Origin: Paramoeba atlantica
Lineage: Eukaryota > Protista > Discosea
Reading direction: 5' to 3'
Length of the DNA: 64,000 nt
Assembly (NCBI GenBank): GCA_977017575.1
Contig: CDRNVI010000140.1
Span: 186,001 to 250,000, forward strand
Below are positions 1 to 11,531 of this stretch, piece after piece (the stretch's first letter is position 1; each line of letters starts with the position of its first letter). Both the position numbers and the translations under genes were made by a program. The notes below the pieces were generated by a model that did no database searches, was not told where the DNA came from, and was given only the letters and a program-made list of their open reading frames with translations.

Positions 1-284
1 CCGAATGAGAAAACCGAGATTTCCCCCAAAATTTTAAAGGATGCTTTTTTTTCGACTGCGCGAAAAATTGGAAGATTTTTTCTCCCGTTTTTTTTGATTG
101 CAAATTTTTCGCCAAGCGATGCGAGTTTTCTTTGCTCCGCCGAACTTTCATTCTAATTTCGCCAGCCACCAAAATTAAATTAATTTTGGAGGAATATTCT
201 CCTCTTTTTTTTTTGTTTTGAGGGCTTCTGTCTCTCAAAGAGTTGTTTAGAAGTTTTGAAAATGTTTGAGAACGAGAAAAAAGA

Positions 285-722
285 TCAATATTTCTTTGCT
301 GGTTTGACAATGGAAGTTTGGAGATGTTCTTCAAAATATTTGATGATCTTATTTTCCGTGCTTTTACTGACATCTCCCGTCGCTTGAAAATCCCAACGCC
401 ATTCGCAACCCCTTTCTTCCAAACGAAACTCTTTCACTGCCTCCTCTTCAACCACAGAATCTCCACAGTCAACCCAAATGAACAGATATTTTCCCTCCAG
501 TCCATTGAGAAGAGCCACCAATCTCTCAAATTTTTTTACTTCATCTTGAAACACCTCTTCCTCTTTGAAGTCAGCTACAGGTAAGTACAGAAGTCCGTCA
601 AAGAGGTCACCATCAGAGATCTTCTCTTCTGATTTGAAGAAGACTTCTGATGATCTTTGGTTCAAGGAATCGGGGATGTGAGGCCAACCTAAATTCACCA
701 AGACCTTTGGTTTGTCGTCCAT
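285..722 (-). CDS. Uncharacterised ~145-aa alpha/beta protein, KPAK-tail superfamily (subfamily B)
   Basis: Intronless ORF MDDKPKVLVNLGW...RLEERGCEWRWDF...IVKPAKKY*. Clear paralog of 2950-3405 and distant paralog of the 55.9-62.4 kb array (shared L.GLEG, RLEERGC.W and KPAK). Confidence 0.75.
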   Translation of the reverse strand: MDDKPKVLVNLGWPHIPDSLNQRSSEVFFKSEEKISDGDLFDGLLYLPVADFKEEEVFQDEVKKFERLVALLNGLEGKYLFIWVDCGDSVVEEEAVKEFRLEERGCEWRWDFQATGDVSKSTENKIIKYFEEHLQTSIVKPAKKY

Positions 723-951
723 CAACAAACAAAACAAAACAAAAAGGAGAATTGGCAAAACCAAAAACTGAAAAATGAGTTTCGGTTTAGAGCTCTTTTT
801 TAGCCTTTTGAAAATTTTGATTTTGTGGGAAACAAACAAACACTTTCATTCTTCACTTTCATTCTTCACACACTCACACCCACACCTTCTCTTCTTGTTC
901 ACACCCCAGTTAGTTGTGTGCAACACCACACACATACAAAAAAGAAAGAAG

Positions 952-2563
952 ATGGATGAAGAAGAAGAAACTCCAAACGAAGAAACAAAGAAACTATTTG
1001 ATAGTGTCGAGAAGGGAGCTGAAGAACTTGTCAGAGTTCTTCTCCTTGGAAAAGAAAACAAACAATTCAAACTTGATCTCAACTTTCAATTCAAAGACCA
1101 GGTCTTTTTTTTCAACAGTAGACATTTCTCTCTTGTTTCTTCTTTTCTTTTCTTTCTTTTTCGTTTTTTCTTTCTTTCTCTTTCTCTTGTTTTTTTTGCT
1201 TTTATTTTTTTTCCAACTTCTTTTTGTTCAGTATGGAGAGATCACCGCTCTTCACAAAGCTGCTTCCAAAGGATTTAAAGAAATTGTGAAGATTCTTATT
1301 GAACATGGATCCAATGTTGATCTTCAAGATAAAGTTTTGATTTTCTTTTTCTTTTATTTGAATTTCTCATTTTTATTTTTTTTCTTCTTTTTTAAAAAAC
1401 TCCTTTTTGTTCAGGGTGGCTGGACCGCTCTTCACTTAGCTGCTTCAAAAGGATTGAAAGAAATTGTGAAGATTCTTCTTGAACATGGATCCAATGTTAA
1501 TCTTCAAGCTAAAGTTTTGATTTCCTTTTTATTTTATTTTATTTTCTCATTTTTATTTATTTTTATTTATTTGTTGTTTAATTGTTGGTTCCTGATGTGT
1601 TGTGTGTGATAATTTGTTTTGTTTTGTTCTTTTTTCACAACTTTTTTTTGTTAAGGGTGGCCGGACCGCTCTTCACTTTGCTGCTCAGTGTGGTTTTGAA
1701 GAAGTTGTGAAGATTCTTATTAAACACGGATCCAATATCGATCTTCAAGATCAAGTTTTGATTTTATTTTATTTTCTGATTTTTATTTATTTGTGGTTAA
1801 TTGTTAGTTGTTCACGTTAGTTCTTGGTGTGTTGTGTGTGATAATTTATTTTATTTTATTCTTTTTTAACAACTTCTTTTGTTAAAGAAAGGCTGGACTG
1901 CTCTTCACATGGCTGCTCAGAAAGGATTTGAAGGAATTGCGAAGATTCTTATTGAGCATGGATCCAATGTTGATCTTCAAAATACAGTTTTGATTTTCTC
2001 ATTTTCATATTTTGTTTTCTCATTTTTTTAAATATGTTGTTATTAATTGTTGATTGTTCATGTTGGTTCTGATGGTTGTGTGGTATTTTGTTTTGTTTTA
2101 TTCTTTTAACAACTTCTTTTTGTTAAGTATGGAAGTACTGCTCTTCACAAAGCTGCTAAGAATGGTTCTAAAGAAATTGTGACGATTCTTATTGAACATG
2201 GAGCCAGTATTCATCTTCAAAATGAAGTTTTGATTTTTTTCTTTCTTATTGGGAGAATTGAGGAGAAGGATGGGGTTGGAGTGGTTCTTATACTTTCTTT
2301 TCTTTCTTTTTTTATTAGGCTGGTGAAACAGTCCTTGATGTTGCAAAAGATCAGAGCATTGTTGAATTTATCACCCAATTGAAGGTTTCATTTTTCTCTC
2401 CTTTTTTTTGAAAACATTTTTTCTCTTTTTCTTTCAATTTTCAATTTTCTTTTTCTTTTTTTTGTTGAATATTTAATTGAGTACGAATGATCTCATATTC
2501 TTTTTTCTTTTTGGTTTGCAGGGACGAACAATCAAACCAGCTCAAATAAAAAAAGAAAATTAA
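952..2563 (+). CDS. Ankyrin-repeat protein, 8 exons, tail GRTIKPAQIKKEN
   Basis: Exons 952-1101, 1232-1333, 1415-1513, 1656-1754, 1888-1986, 2128-2226, 2319-2384, 2522-2563. Five middle exons each encode one G.TALH.AA..G..EIVKILIEHG.NV.LQ ankyrin repeat. All introns GT-AG, phase 0. Confidence 0.9.
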
Positions 2564-2949
2564 AAAATTTTGAGAATTTGAGAATTTGAGAATAGAGTTG
2601 TTGTGGCGGAGGGGGAGAGAGGGAGGGAGGGAGAGAAGAAAGAGAACAATTTTTCAATATTTACCCCATTGAGAAAAGGAGTGACCAATTTCTCAAATTT
2701 TTTGATTTCTAGAAGTGATTGTTGTGCCTTCCTCTTGCAGAATTAATAAGCAGAAGGGATGCACAGGAGCCCATCAAAAAGCAGCCACTCTCAGAAATAT
2801 CCTCCTCTTGCTCTTTCTGGTGTTCAAAAGGAGAATCACTTTGGAAAAATTCCGAAGTATGTTTTGACCTTTATTTTGTTTTGTTCACTCCGAAAACTTC
2901 TTGCTTGATTATTTGAAGACCTCAGTCCAGACTTTTTTTTTGTTTTTGA

Positions 2950-3405
2950 TCAGCCTTTCTTCGCTGGTTTGACCACGCAATATTGGAGACGTTCTTCAAA
3001 ATATTCAACAATCTTCTTTTCCATACTTTCATTGGTTTCTCCTTTCTCTTGAAAACCCCAAAACCAGTCACAACCCCTTTCTACCAAACGGAATCCTTTC
3101 ACTGTCTCCTTTTCGAACATACGATCAGCATAATCAACCCCAAGAAACAAACATTTTCCCTCAAGTCCATTGAGGAGAGTGGCTAATTTCCCAAATATTT
3201 CGATTTCGTCTTGTAATACCACAGGTGGTTTCCCCTGACGAAGACAAAAGTCTTCCGCAGGTAAGTACAGGAGTCCATCGAAGTAGTCACTCTCAGATAT
3301 TTCTTCTTCTGGTTGGAAGATGATCTTTGAGGACCTACTGTTCAATTCTGTTGAAATGTGTACCCAACCCCGATTCACTAACACTTTTGGTTTCTCATCG
3401 TCCAT
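2950..3405 (-). CDS. Uncharacterised 151-aa protein, KPAK-tail superfamily (subfamily B)
   Basis: ORF MDDEKPKVLVNRGW...FRLVERGCDWFWGF...VVKPAKKG*, paralog of 285-722. Confidence 0.8.
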   Translation of the reverse strand: MDDEKPKVLVNRGWVHISTELNSRSSKIIFQPEEEISESDYFDGLLYLPAEDFCLRQGKPPVVLQDEIEIFGKLATLLNGLEGKCLFLGVDYADRMFEKETVKGFRLVERGCDWFWGFQEKGETNESMEKKIVEYFEERLQYCVVKPAKKG

Positions 3406-3562
3406 TCAAAAAAAAAAGATAATAATGAAGAGGCCAAAAAAACAAAATTGCAACACAACACCGAAAACAGAAAAGAAAGATTTTCTTTAGAGCCCTTTTT
3501 TTAGCCTTTTTGTTTTCTCTTTTTTTTTGCTTTTCACTTTTGGCCACACAAAAACAAAAAAA

Positions 3563-4045
3563 ATGGAAAGAGGAGAACCGCAGCATCAAAGAGCCGGTTC
3601 TGATCCTCATCCAAACCAACAAACACCACCAAAAAGGAGTGGTGGAATCTTTGTTTTGGTCATCTTTCTGGGGCTTATTTGTTTGGCTTTGGGATTTTGT
3701 TTGTTCATTCTGTGGTTGATTGGATGGCGAGTCCTTTTTTCTCTGTTTCTCGTTCTGACATTGATCTTCTGTCGAAAAATCATGCCGTCTCCTCTGATGC
3801 TCTTTAGTATTTTCTTTGTGATTTGGTTACAGTTGTACTTTTATTTCTCCGATTGGGAATTCACTTCTTTCTTCTGTGGGATAACTTTTGTTGGGGGAGC
3901 AATTATCAACTGGAAACTTCTCGTTGTGACTCTGGAAGTCCTTGAAATCATCGGTTTTGTCGGAGTGATTGCAACTGGAACACGGCTTTTAGCGATTTGC
4001 AGAATTGGTCCAAAGAAGATCGCACAACATGTTCAAGGGGGATAA
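3563..4045 (+). CDS. Hypothetical multi-pass membrane protein (~160 aa)
   Basis: ORF from MERGEPQHQ; polar N-terminus followed by 4-5 long hydrophobic segments; composition more mixed than the surrounding introns. Confidence 0.6.
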   Translation: MERGEPQHQRAGSDPHPNQQTPPKRSGGIFVLVIFLGLICLALGFCLFILWLIGWRVLFSLFLVLTLIFCRKIMPSPLMLFSIFFVIWLQLYFYFSDWEFTSFFCGITFVGGAIINWKLLVVTLEVLEIIGFVGVIATGTRLLAICRIGPKKIAQHVQGG

Positions 4046-4070
4046 CCGTTGACTCTCCTCTCTCCATCCG

Positions 4071-4552
4071 TCATCTTCTCTTGGTAAAAGAGGGTTGATG
4101 CAGGGGGATCTTTCCGAAGAAAGTGATAAAACTGAACATTTGTGAAAACAAAAGGACTTCTGGGGCGGGTTCTTGTCCTCTTCCATAGCGAGTTGAGATC
4201 AAACTTTTCACGATGCCCTGCTCATTGAGAACCTTTTGAAGATTTTCTTCCGTCAAATGAAACTCTTCTTTCAAAAGAAAGAGAAAGACGAGGATCAACT
4301 TATATTTAATTGGAAAAGACTCATTTCCTTCTTTTTGATGTCCTCATGAGAGATGTTGGTGCAGAAAAATAACAAATCAAAAAACGTGAACAGGATAAAA
4401 TCTCTGAGTGAGTTCGAGAAAATCAAAAATAAAACGAAAACAAAACAAAAAAAAATGTTCCCCCTCAAGGAATTGAACAGCCAAACTCGCGTCATTTTGT
4501 CTCCAGAGAGTGCAGCGAAATCCTCCGCCTTCCTTATTTGGTCAATGGCCAT
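4071..4552 (-). CDS. Hypothetical protein, exon structure unresolved
   Basis: Protein-like segments MAIDQIRKAEDFAALSGDKMTR... and ...HLTEENLQKVLNEQGIVKSLISTRYG... in adjacent ORFs; splice junctions not securely assigned. Confidence 0.3.
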
Positions 4553-4667
4553 TTGACCCTTTTTTTCTCGTTTTTCATGTGAGTCTTCTTGTCTATCTTG
4601 TTCTTTTTTGGGAGGAATCCTTCTCTTGTTGTTTTTGTTTTTTATTTCGCTTCAAACCCGTTCGAAA

Positions 4668-5055
4668 ATGTCAGGCAGAGGAAAAGGTGGGAAAGGGCTT
4701 GGAAAAGGGGGTGTCTATCGTCATCGGAAGGTTCTTCGTGATAATATCCAAGGGATTGGAAAGCCAATGATTAAAAGGCTCGCTCGTCGTGGTGGTGTCA
4801 AACAGCTTTCAGGTTTTGATTGATTTTTTCTTTCTCTTTTCAAGGCAAGAGTTGCGTTTTTTGAGTATTCGTTCAACCCAAGGTCTTATTTATGAAGAAA
4901 TTCGATCCGTTTTGAAACAATTCTTGGAAACAATCATCAGAGACGCTGTCGTGTATACTGAACACGCAAGAAGAAGGACAGTTCAACCTGTTGATATTAT
5001 TTGTGCTCTTCGAAGAAATAATCGAACTCTTTATGGTTTTGGAACTTACGTTTAA
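4668..5055 (+). CDS. H4: Divergent histone H4 with one intron
   Basis: [28 protein letters not shown]...[11 protein letters not shown], 70-nt intron 4813-4882, then [15 protein letters not shown]...[10 protein letters not shown]. Colinear with canonical H4. Confidence 0.95.
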
Positions 5056-5268
5056 GAGAAAAAATATCTGAGTTGAAAAAGGGAAGAAACCCCTTGCAGT
5101 TTATTCAAAAAGGGGAATAAAAAAGAAAGATTGAGAGGACAAATGAATGAATTTCAAAGAACAAATTCCATGTTGTCCAAAAACTCAAAAAAGAAAAGGA
5201 TGCAACATTTTTTGAAAGAAAAAAATTAGAGAGAGAAAAGGAGGAGGAGAGAAAAATTGCGCTGAGAC

Positions 5269-5397
5269 CTTCTGAAAATGAATCACTTTTTGTTCATGAG
5301 AGAAAGAAAAGAAGTTTTGAAATGGTTGCCAACGAAGACAACATGAAGAATCAATTGTTCTCTTGACAGAATTGTCCCACGTTACTTCAGCAGCCAT
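5269..5397 (-). pseudogene. Orphan copy of exon 1 of the SPRY gene at 49073-49951
   Basis: MAAEVTWDNSVKRTIDSSCCLRWQPF...FQK plus donor and part of intron 1, near-identical to 49823-49951. Similarity is lost at about 5200 and no exon 2 follows. Confidence 0.75.
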
Positions 5398-5451
5398 CAA
5401 CAAAACAAAAAAACAGAAAAAACAAAAAACAAAAAAAAGGTGAAAAAAAAG

Positions 5452-5536
5452 TCCGGTCAACCGGAATCGAACCAGTGACCTAGAGATGTCTACAACTTGC
5501 TACAGTCTCCCGCTCTACCAGCTGAGCTATGACCGG
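5452..5536 (-). tRNA. tRNA-Tyr: tRNA-Tyr(GTA) with 12-nt intron
   Basis: Cloverleaf: acceptor CCGGTCA/TGACCGG, anticodon arm GGAGA-CT-GTA-G[caagttgtagac]A-TCTCT, T-loop TTCGATT; intron 5488-5499; poly-T terminator downstream. Confidence 0.95.
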
Positions 5537-5632
5537 ATACTTAGAAAGATAACGATTACGAAAATTTATAAACTTGGAACAGGTGACAAGAATATTGATA
5601 CATTTGCGTTTTTTGTTCTGCAATCAGCCAAG

Positions 5633-8600
5633 ATGGACGTTTGTTTCTCTTTCTCTTTTTCTTTTTCTTGTTTTCTTTCATTTGAAATTCTTTGATCCCC
5701 TTTCCTTTGTTTCCTCTGTTTTTTTTTTCTCCTTTTTATCTTCCCAACCTTCTCTCCAACCCGTCTTTTCTCATCTCTTTCTCTCTCCTCTCTCCTCAAC
5801 AAAAACAAAAAAACAGGATCATCAACTAATAAGAAAGATTGAAAGAGATGATCATGAATTGGAGGAGGCCGATTTGCGTTTTAAAATGTTGGGCAATGAT
5901 GGATGTCAACGTATTGCAAAGGTTTCTTCTCTCTCTTTTCTCTCTCTTTTCTCTCTCTTTTCCCTCTCCTTTCTCTCCTTTCTCTCTTTCTCTTTCTATC
6001 TAAAGGTGGTGAATCTCTCTTTTGGTCTTATTATTCCCCGATGTCTCTCTTTCTCTCATTTCTCTCTCTTTTCTCTCTTCTCTCTCCCAAAGTGGTTCAA
6101 TCTACCAATTTTTTTTCTTTTCTCTTTTCTTTCTCTTTCTTTCTTCCACCACCCCTCCTTCTTTTTCTCCTTCTTTTTTCTCTTTCTTTTATTAAAAGAT
6201 CTAATTTGTTTGGAATTGGTGTAGGCACTTGAGACAAATACACATCTGAGGAGACTGGTTTTGACAAATAATGAAATTGGAAATCGTAATTTTTTTTTCT
6301 TTTTTTCTTTTTTTCTTTTTTTTTTTCATGATTTTTGTTGTTATTAATTAATCATGACTTTTTTAAAAGTAAGATTATCTTCTTTTTCTTAAATTCGTTT
6401 TTTTTTGTTCGATTTTGTTTCTTTATTATTTATTTATTCTTTCTTTCTTTCTCTTTCTTTCTTTCTTTCTCTTCTTTCCCCTACTCTTTTCTCTTCTTTG
6501 TAGATGGTTGCAAATATTTAGGAAAGGCACTCATAAAAAATTATGCTTTGAAATCACTTGATCTTTCTTTTAACCCCAATATTACTGATAAAGTCTCTTT
6601 TCTTTTCTTTCTTTCCCTTTTCCTTTCCTTCCCTTCCCTTTTTTTTCCTTTTCTTTCTTTTCCTTCTCTTTCTTTTCCTCCTCTCTTTCCTTTTCCTTCT
6701 TTTTAATCAATATTTTTCTTTGCAGGGAGCAACTTTTCTATTAAATGCTCTGGATAAAAATTTCACACTCACTCAACTTATTTTGTTATTTAACAAGCAA
6801 ATATCTTCTGTATGTTTTTTGTATTCTTTACTCTTTCCTCTTTCCTCTTTCTCTTCTCTTCTCTTCTCTTTCTCATTTATATCTTTTAATGCCACTCCTT
6901 CTACTACTAATCTTTTCAAATGAATAGGGAGTAACAAAACAAATCAAAACATGTTTAGATCGAAATCTAGATGCTCCACAACACACACGTTCAAAGAAAG
7001 GAGAAAAAGATCGAGATGAAAAAAAGAAGAAAGAGAAGAAGAAGGCCAGACACGCAACGACACATGGGGATTTGGGAAAGGCTGATGAGATGGTAATACT
7101 TTTTTAATAATCTTTTTTAATAATCTTATTTAAGAATCATTATTATTAATAATCTTATTTTTTTTTAAAAAAATACTTTTTTTTCATGAGTTTTTTAAAA
7201 TATCTAATTTTTTTAGAATAATCAGAAAATATAAATCAGAAAATATAAAGGGGCCACATAAAAATATCATAAAAATTAAAAGTAATAACAAAAATGATTA
7301 CAAGAATCGAATCGAATCTTCTTCTTTTTCTCAATTTTTTCTCTTTTCAGGCAGTAAAAATATTAACATCAAAACTCGAAAAAGCAGAAGAGAGAGAAAA
7401 AGAATATTTAAAGAAAATAGAAGAATTGGAAAAGAAATTGAAAAATCAAACGAGTTCTGAAACATCGAGCCCTCCTTTGGCTTCTTCTTCTCCTTCTTCT
7501 TCTTCTGCCTTTGGTTCTTTTTCGGAGATTGAGGTTTTTCTTTTTTGAATTTCTTTTGTCTTTTTCTTTTTTTTTTTGTGAAATGTTGAAACTTTTCTTT
7601 CTTTTATTTTGTTTTCTCATGGTTCACACAAAAAACAAATAGAAAAGAAAGAATAAAGAATTTAAAATCAACTTTAGCAATCTTCTCGTCACCGAAAAAT
7701 TAGCTGCAACAGGTTTTGTTTCTCTCTTCACGAAAAAGGATCATTCAGACACAATTTAAAGGATTAACAATCCAAATTAATTTTTTTTATTTAGATAAAA
7801 ATGAAATAAAATATTCATTACTATTCTTTTCTTTAATTCACAAAAAATAAAAATAATTTTTTTTTTTTTTAAAAAACAAAAATCATTTTTTCAAAAAAAG
7901 GAGGAAGTAACGCAGGAGTATATGCATGTTATGTAGATGGGTGGCAATGTGCAATGAAAGAATTGACAATACAAAGTGCTAGATTGGAGAAAAGTCAGAT
8001 TAATGGATTTGAATCTGAGATTGGTTTTTTTTTTTGTTTTTTCTCTTTTTTTTTTCTTTCTTGTCTCAATTTCTTTTTTTTTCTTTCTCTTCTTTGTTCT
8101 ATCTCTTTCTCTTTCTCTCTTTCCCTTTTTTTTTTTCGAAAAGGACTCTTGGAACAATTGCCGCATAACAATCATATCGTGAAATATCTCCATCATGAGC
8201 GAGCAAAAGATAAGATTCGTCTTTACATGACAAAATATAGCAGCACTTTGGTATCTCTTTTTATTATCTTTCTCTTTTTCTTTCTCATTCTCTTTCTCTT
8301 TTTCTTTTTCTTTTTCTTTCTCTTTCTCTTTCTCTTTCTCTTTTTCTTTCTCTGTCTTTCTTCTCATATTTTGGCAGGCAATTGAAATCAAAAAGAGAAG
8401 AGTGGACATTGAAGCTGGAGATGATGATCCTTTCTCCCCTCAAGAAATTATGTGTTTTATGTTAGATTTGACTGCTGGTCTTGGATTTTTACATGAGAGG
8501 AATATTATCCATCGAGATTTAAAGAGTGACAACGTTTTTGTCACTTTGAATGAGAGGAAAGAAATTATGACTTTGGCAATTGGTTTGTTGTTTTTAATTG

Positions 8601-9262
8601 AATTTATTTTTCTCTGTTTTCAAATATTCTTTTTTTTTAATATTCTTCTCTCCTTTCCAAATCACTTTCCTATTTTCTCTTTCTTTCCCCTTGTCTCTCT
8701 CTCCTCTCACACAGGTGATTTCGATATCGCAAAGTCTCTCAGTTCGGATGGCCCAGCGATGACCCTTGTTGGTACTCCTGCATATATGGCCCCTGAAGTT
8801 TTGGCTCAAGAAGGCGCTTATTCTCTTAAAGCTGATGGTTTCTTTTCTTTTCTTTTCTTCTTTTCTCTCTCTTCCTTCCTCTCTTTTCTAATCCTTTGGT
8901 TTTTGTTTTCTTTCATGATTTCTTTCAATTTTCAGTTTATTCACTTGGGATGGTATTGTATGAATTGTTGGCAATGAAGATTCCATATGCAGATGACCCA
9001 CCATTTCGCCTGACAACAAATATTTTACAAGGAATTTTGGTTTTATTTTCTTCCCTTAATTTTTTGGATTTTTTGATTCTTTCAAGGGGAAGGAGGGAAC
9101 AACAAATATTTATTCATGAAAAACAAACAGCCAACACTCCCTGCAATTGGAGAAGAATATTCCGCCATCGTGGAATTGTACAAAAAGTGTGTGGATCTTC
9201 ATCCCCAAAATCGCCCAACAGTCCCCCAAATCAAAGAAATTTTGACAAAAATTCAGACTTAA
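5633..9262 (+). CDS. LRR (RNI-like) + coiled coil + protein kinase, ~14 exons
   Basis: LRR exons (ALETNTHLRRLVL, ALKSLDLSFN, TLTQLILLFN), K/E coil, then kinase motifs ATGGSNAGVY, AMKE, HRDLKSDN, GDFD, GTPAYMAPE, DVYSLG, RPT; stop at 9260-9262. Confidence 0.88.
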
Positions 9263-9745
9263 TTCAAATTCTGAAAAGAAGGAATTTGTTCTTGTTGGTG
9301 CTTTGTCCATCTTTTGTTGTCCTTTTCTCACAGGGGCAAAAAATAGATTCTGTGGTGGGTTTCCATGAAAGAACTTTTTGTTTTTTTTTCAAAAATAAAC
9401 ATCCACCTTCATCAACTTCTCATGATTTTCCACAAGATGATGGAAAGAAATTTTCTTTCATTTTCTGGTATCCGAACTCAGGAGCTCAGGAACTCAGGCG
9501 TTTGAAACATTTGTTTTTCTTCTGCATTTATTTTTCTGAAATTTCTCTTTCGTTTTCGTTTCCCAAAAGAGAGGCCAACGTTCCTTGCTCCATCCCTTTC
9601 CTTTTGATCTTTCCAAGCCTTCTTGTCAAACACCAGGACCACCTTTCTTTCCAAATTGATGAGTTGAATTGAATTTCAGCAAAAATTCAATGAAAAATTA
9701 GTGTTTCGTTTTGGGAAGGAAAAGTTACCACCGTTGATCGCGTTT

Positions 9746-10267
9746 ATGGATGACGAGGAACAATTTGAACTGAGAATCTTGGTGAACTCCAATGAGCGTC
9801 GTTTTCACGACGCAGCCATTTTATCTCTGAACAGTCAAACAAAAAGAATTCTCTTTGTTGAAAGGAAAACAAGTTTGGGAGGTTCCTTTGAAGGACTTCT
9901 CTTCCTCAAGAATGACTGGAACTACAACAAGCAAGAGCAAGAGAAAGATTTGGATGAATTTGAGAGTTGTGTGGAAGATGTTGGTGGGCTCGAAAACAAA
10001 CTGGTTCTTCTTTGGGGTGATCTTCAATATGAAAAATCCCCGCTCGAAAAACGATTGAAAATGTTCAGCGGGTGTACATGGACTTGGATTTTCAACTATG
10101 AATTTCCAAAAGGAGGTCAAGGTTTTTTCTTTTTCTTGTCTTTTTCTTTTCTTTTGTGGTCGAAGGATTCCATGGTCTTCTGAAGAAGTTAAACAGAACA
10201 AAAAATAATCGATTTTTTTGAACAATCGATATCCTCTGATATTAAACCGGCGCGAAATCTGAGATGA
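9746..10267 (+). pseudogene. KPAK-tail superfamily (subfamily C), frameshifted copy
   Basis: Paralog of 10822-11304. The DIKPARNLR* tail lies in a different frame from the body, with an in-frame TAA at 10190 just upstream, consistent with indels relative to the paralog (or an assembly error). Confidence 0.6.
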
Positions 10268-10821
10268 GAGAGCTTTAGAGTTGACCAAACCCTGAAATTT
10301 CCTCTCTCTCTCTCTTGGAGGTGGACAGAAAAAATTCCTTCAAACAAATCTTTATAAAAATTGAAAACAATTCCGAACCACCCCGATTTTAGATGAAATG
10401 GAGCAACCTTTGTCGCAAACAGAGAAGATTTGAAGAGATAAGATTTTTGTGCAAAGAGATTTGAACATTTTGAAATTCATTCTCCATTTCCTTGTTGAAA
10501 TGAGACAAAGAGAGAAAAACCAAAGTTCAGGACCAGGAACTCAGAACCTCAGGAGCTCAGGAGCTCGGGCACCACCAAAGAACATTTGTCTTGTTTCCAC
10601 TCTCTTGAAACTGGCCGGAAGAAACCGGTTTCCTTTGTCTCTTTCCTTTATCTTTCGGAGTCTTCTATTTGCCAAACATCAACACCTTCTTTTTTCTTCC
10701 AATTCGATGAGTTGAATTTCAGAAAAAATTCAATGAAAAAAAGATTCAATGAAGCGTTTTCTTGGTCGTGTTTGGTTTGGGAAAGAAAGGTTTAACACCG
10801 CAGTTGGTTGACGATTTAATT

Positions 10822-11304
10822 ATGGATGATGAGGAACAATATGAACTGAGGATCTTGGTGAACTCCAATGATCGTCGTGTTGATGATTTGTTGATTTCAT
10901 CTCTGAACAGCAAAACAAAAAGAATTCTCTTTGTAGAAAGGGAAACAAGTTTGGGAGGTTCCTTTGATGGACTTCTCTTTCTCAAGAATGACTGGGTCTC
11001 CGATTATGGAGATTTCGATAAAAAAGAGCAAGAGAAAGATTTGAATGAATTTGGAAGTTGTGTGGAAGACGCTGGTGGGCTCGAAAACAAACTGGTTGTC
11101 CTCTGGGGCGAAAGTCAATATGAAAAATTCTTTTTCGAAAAACGATTGAAAAATGTGAGCGGGTGTGCATGGAGTTGGGTTTTCGACAGAGAAGTATTTC
11201 TTCGTTGGGGGAGAAAATCTCTTGAAACAGAAAAAAAGGTCATCGACTTTTTTGAACAATCGATCTCCTATGATATTAAACCTGCGAAATCTGAGAAAGA
11301 ATGA
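10822..11304 (+). CDS. Uncharacterised 160-aa protein, KPAK-tail superfamily (subfamily C)
   Basis: ORF MDDEEQYELRILVNSN...GGLENKLVVLW...SGCAWSW...DIKPAKSEKE*. Tandem duplicate of the 9.4-10.3 kb unit including upstream DNA. Confidence 0.8.
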   Translation: MDDEEQYELRILVNSNDRRVDDLLISSLNSKTKRILFVERETSLGGSFDGLLFLKNDWVSDYGDFDKKEQEKDLNEFGSCVEDAGGLENKLVVLWGESQYEKFFFEKRLKNVSGCAWSWVFDREVFLRWGRKSLETEKKVIDFFEQSISYDIKPAKSEKE

Positions 11305-11531
11305 GAAAGATTGCTTTCAAAATAAAACAATTCTGTTGAAATAAATTTTTTAAAGGAAAATCTGCACCTTTTCGAATAATGCCAAACAAGTTGATTTTAG
11401 ATTTAGGGGTTCAGAACCTTAGCAGCAAAGAGAAAAGATTCAAAAATTATTTATTTTTTCCTTCTTTGAATTTTAATATGATTCTCTATGTTACCCTCCT
11501 ACTCTCTCTCCAAGAACAACAGCAATTCTGT

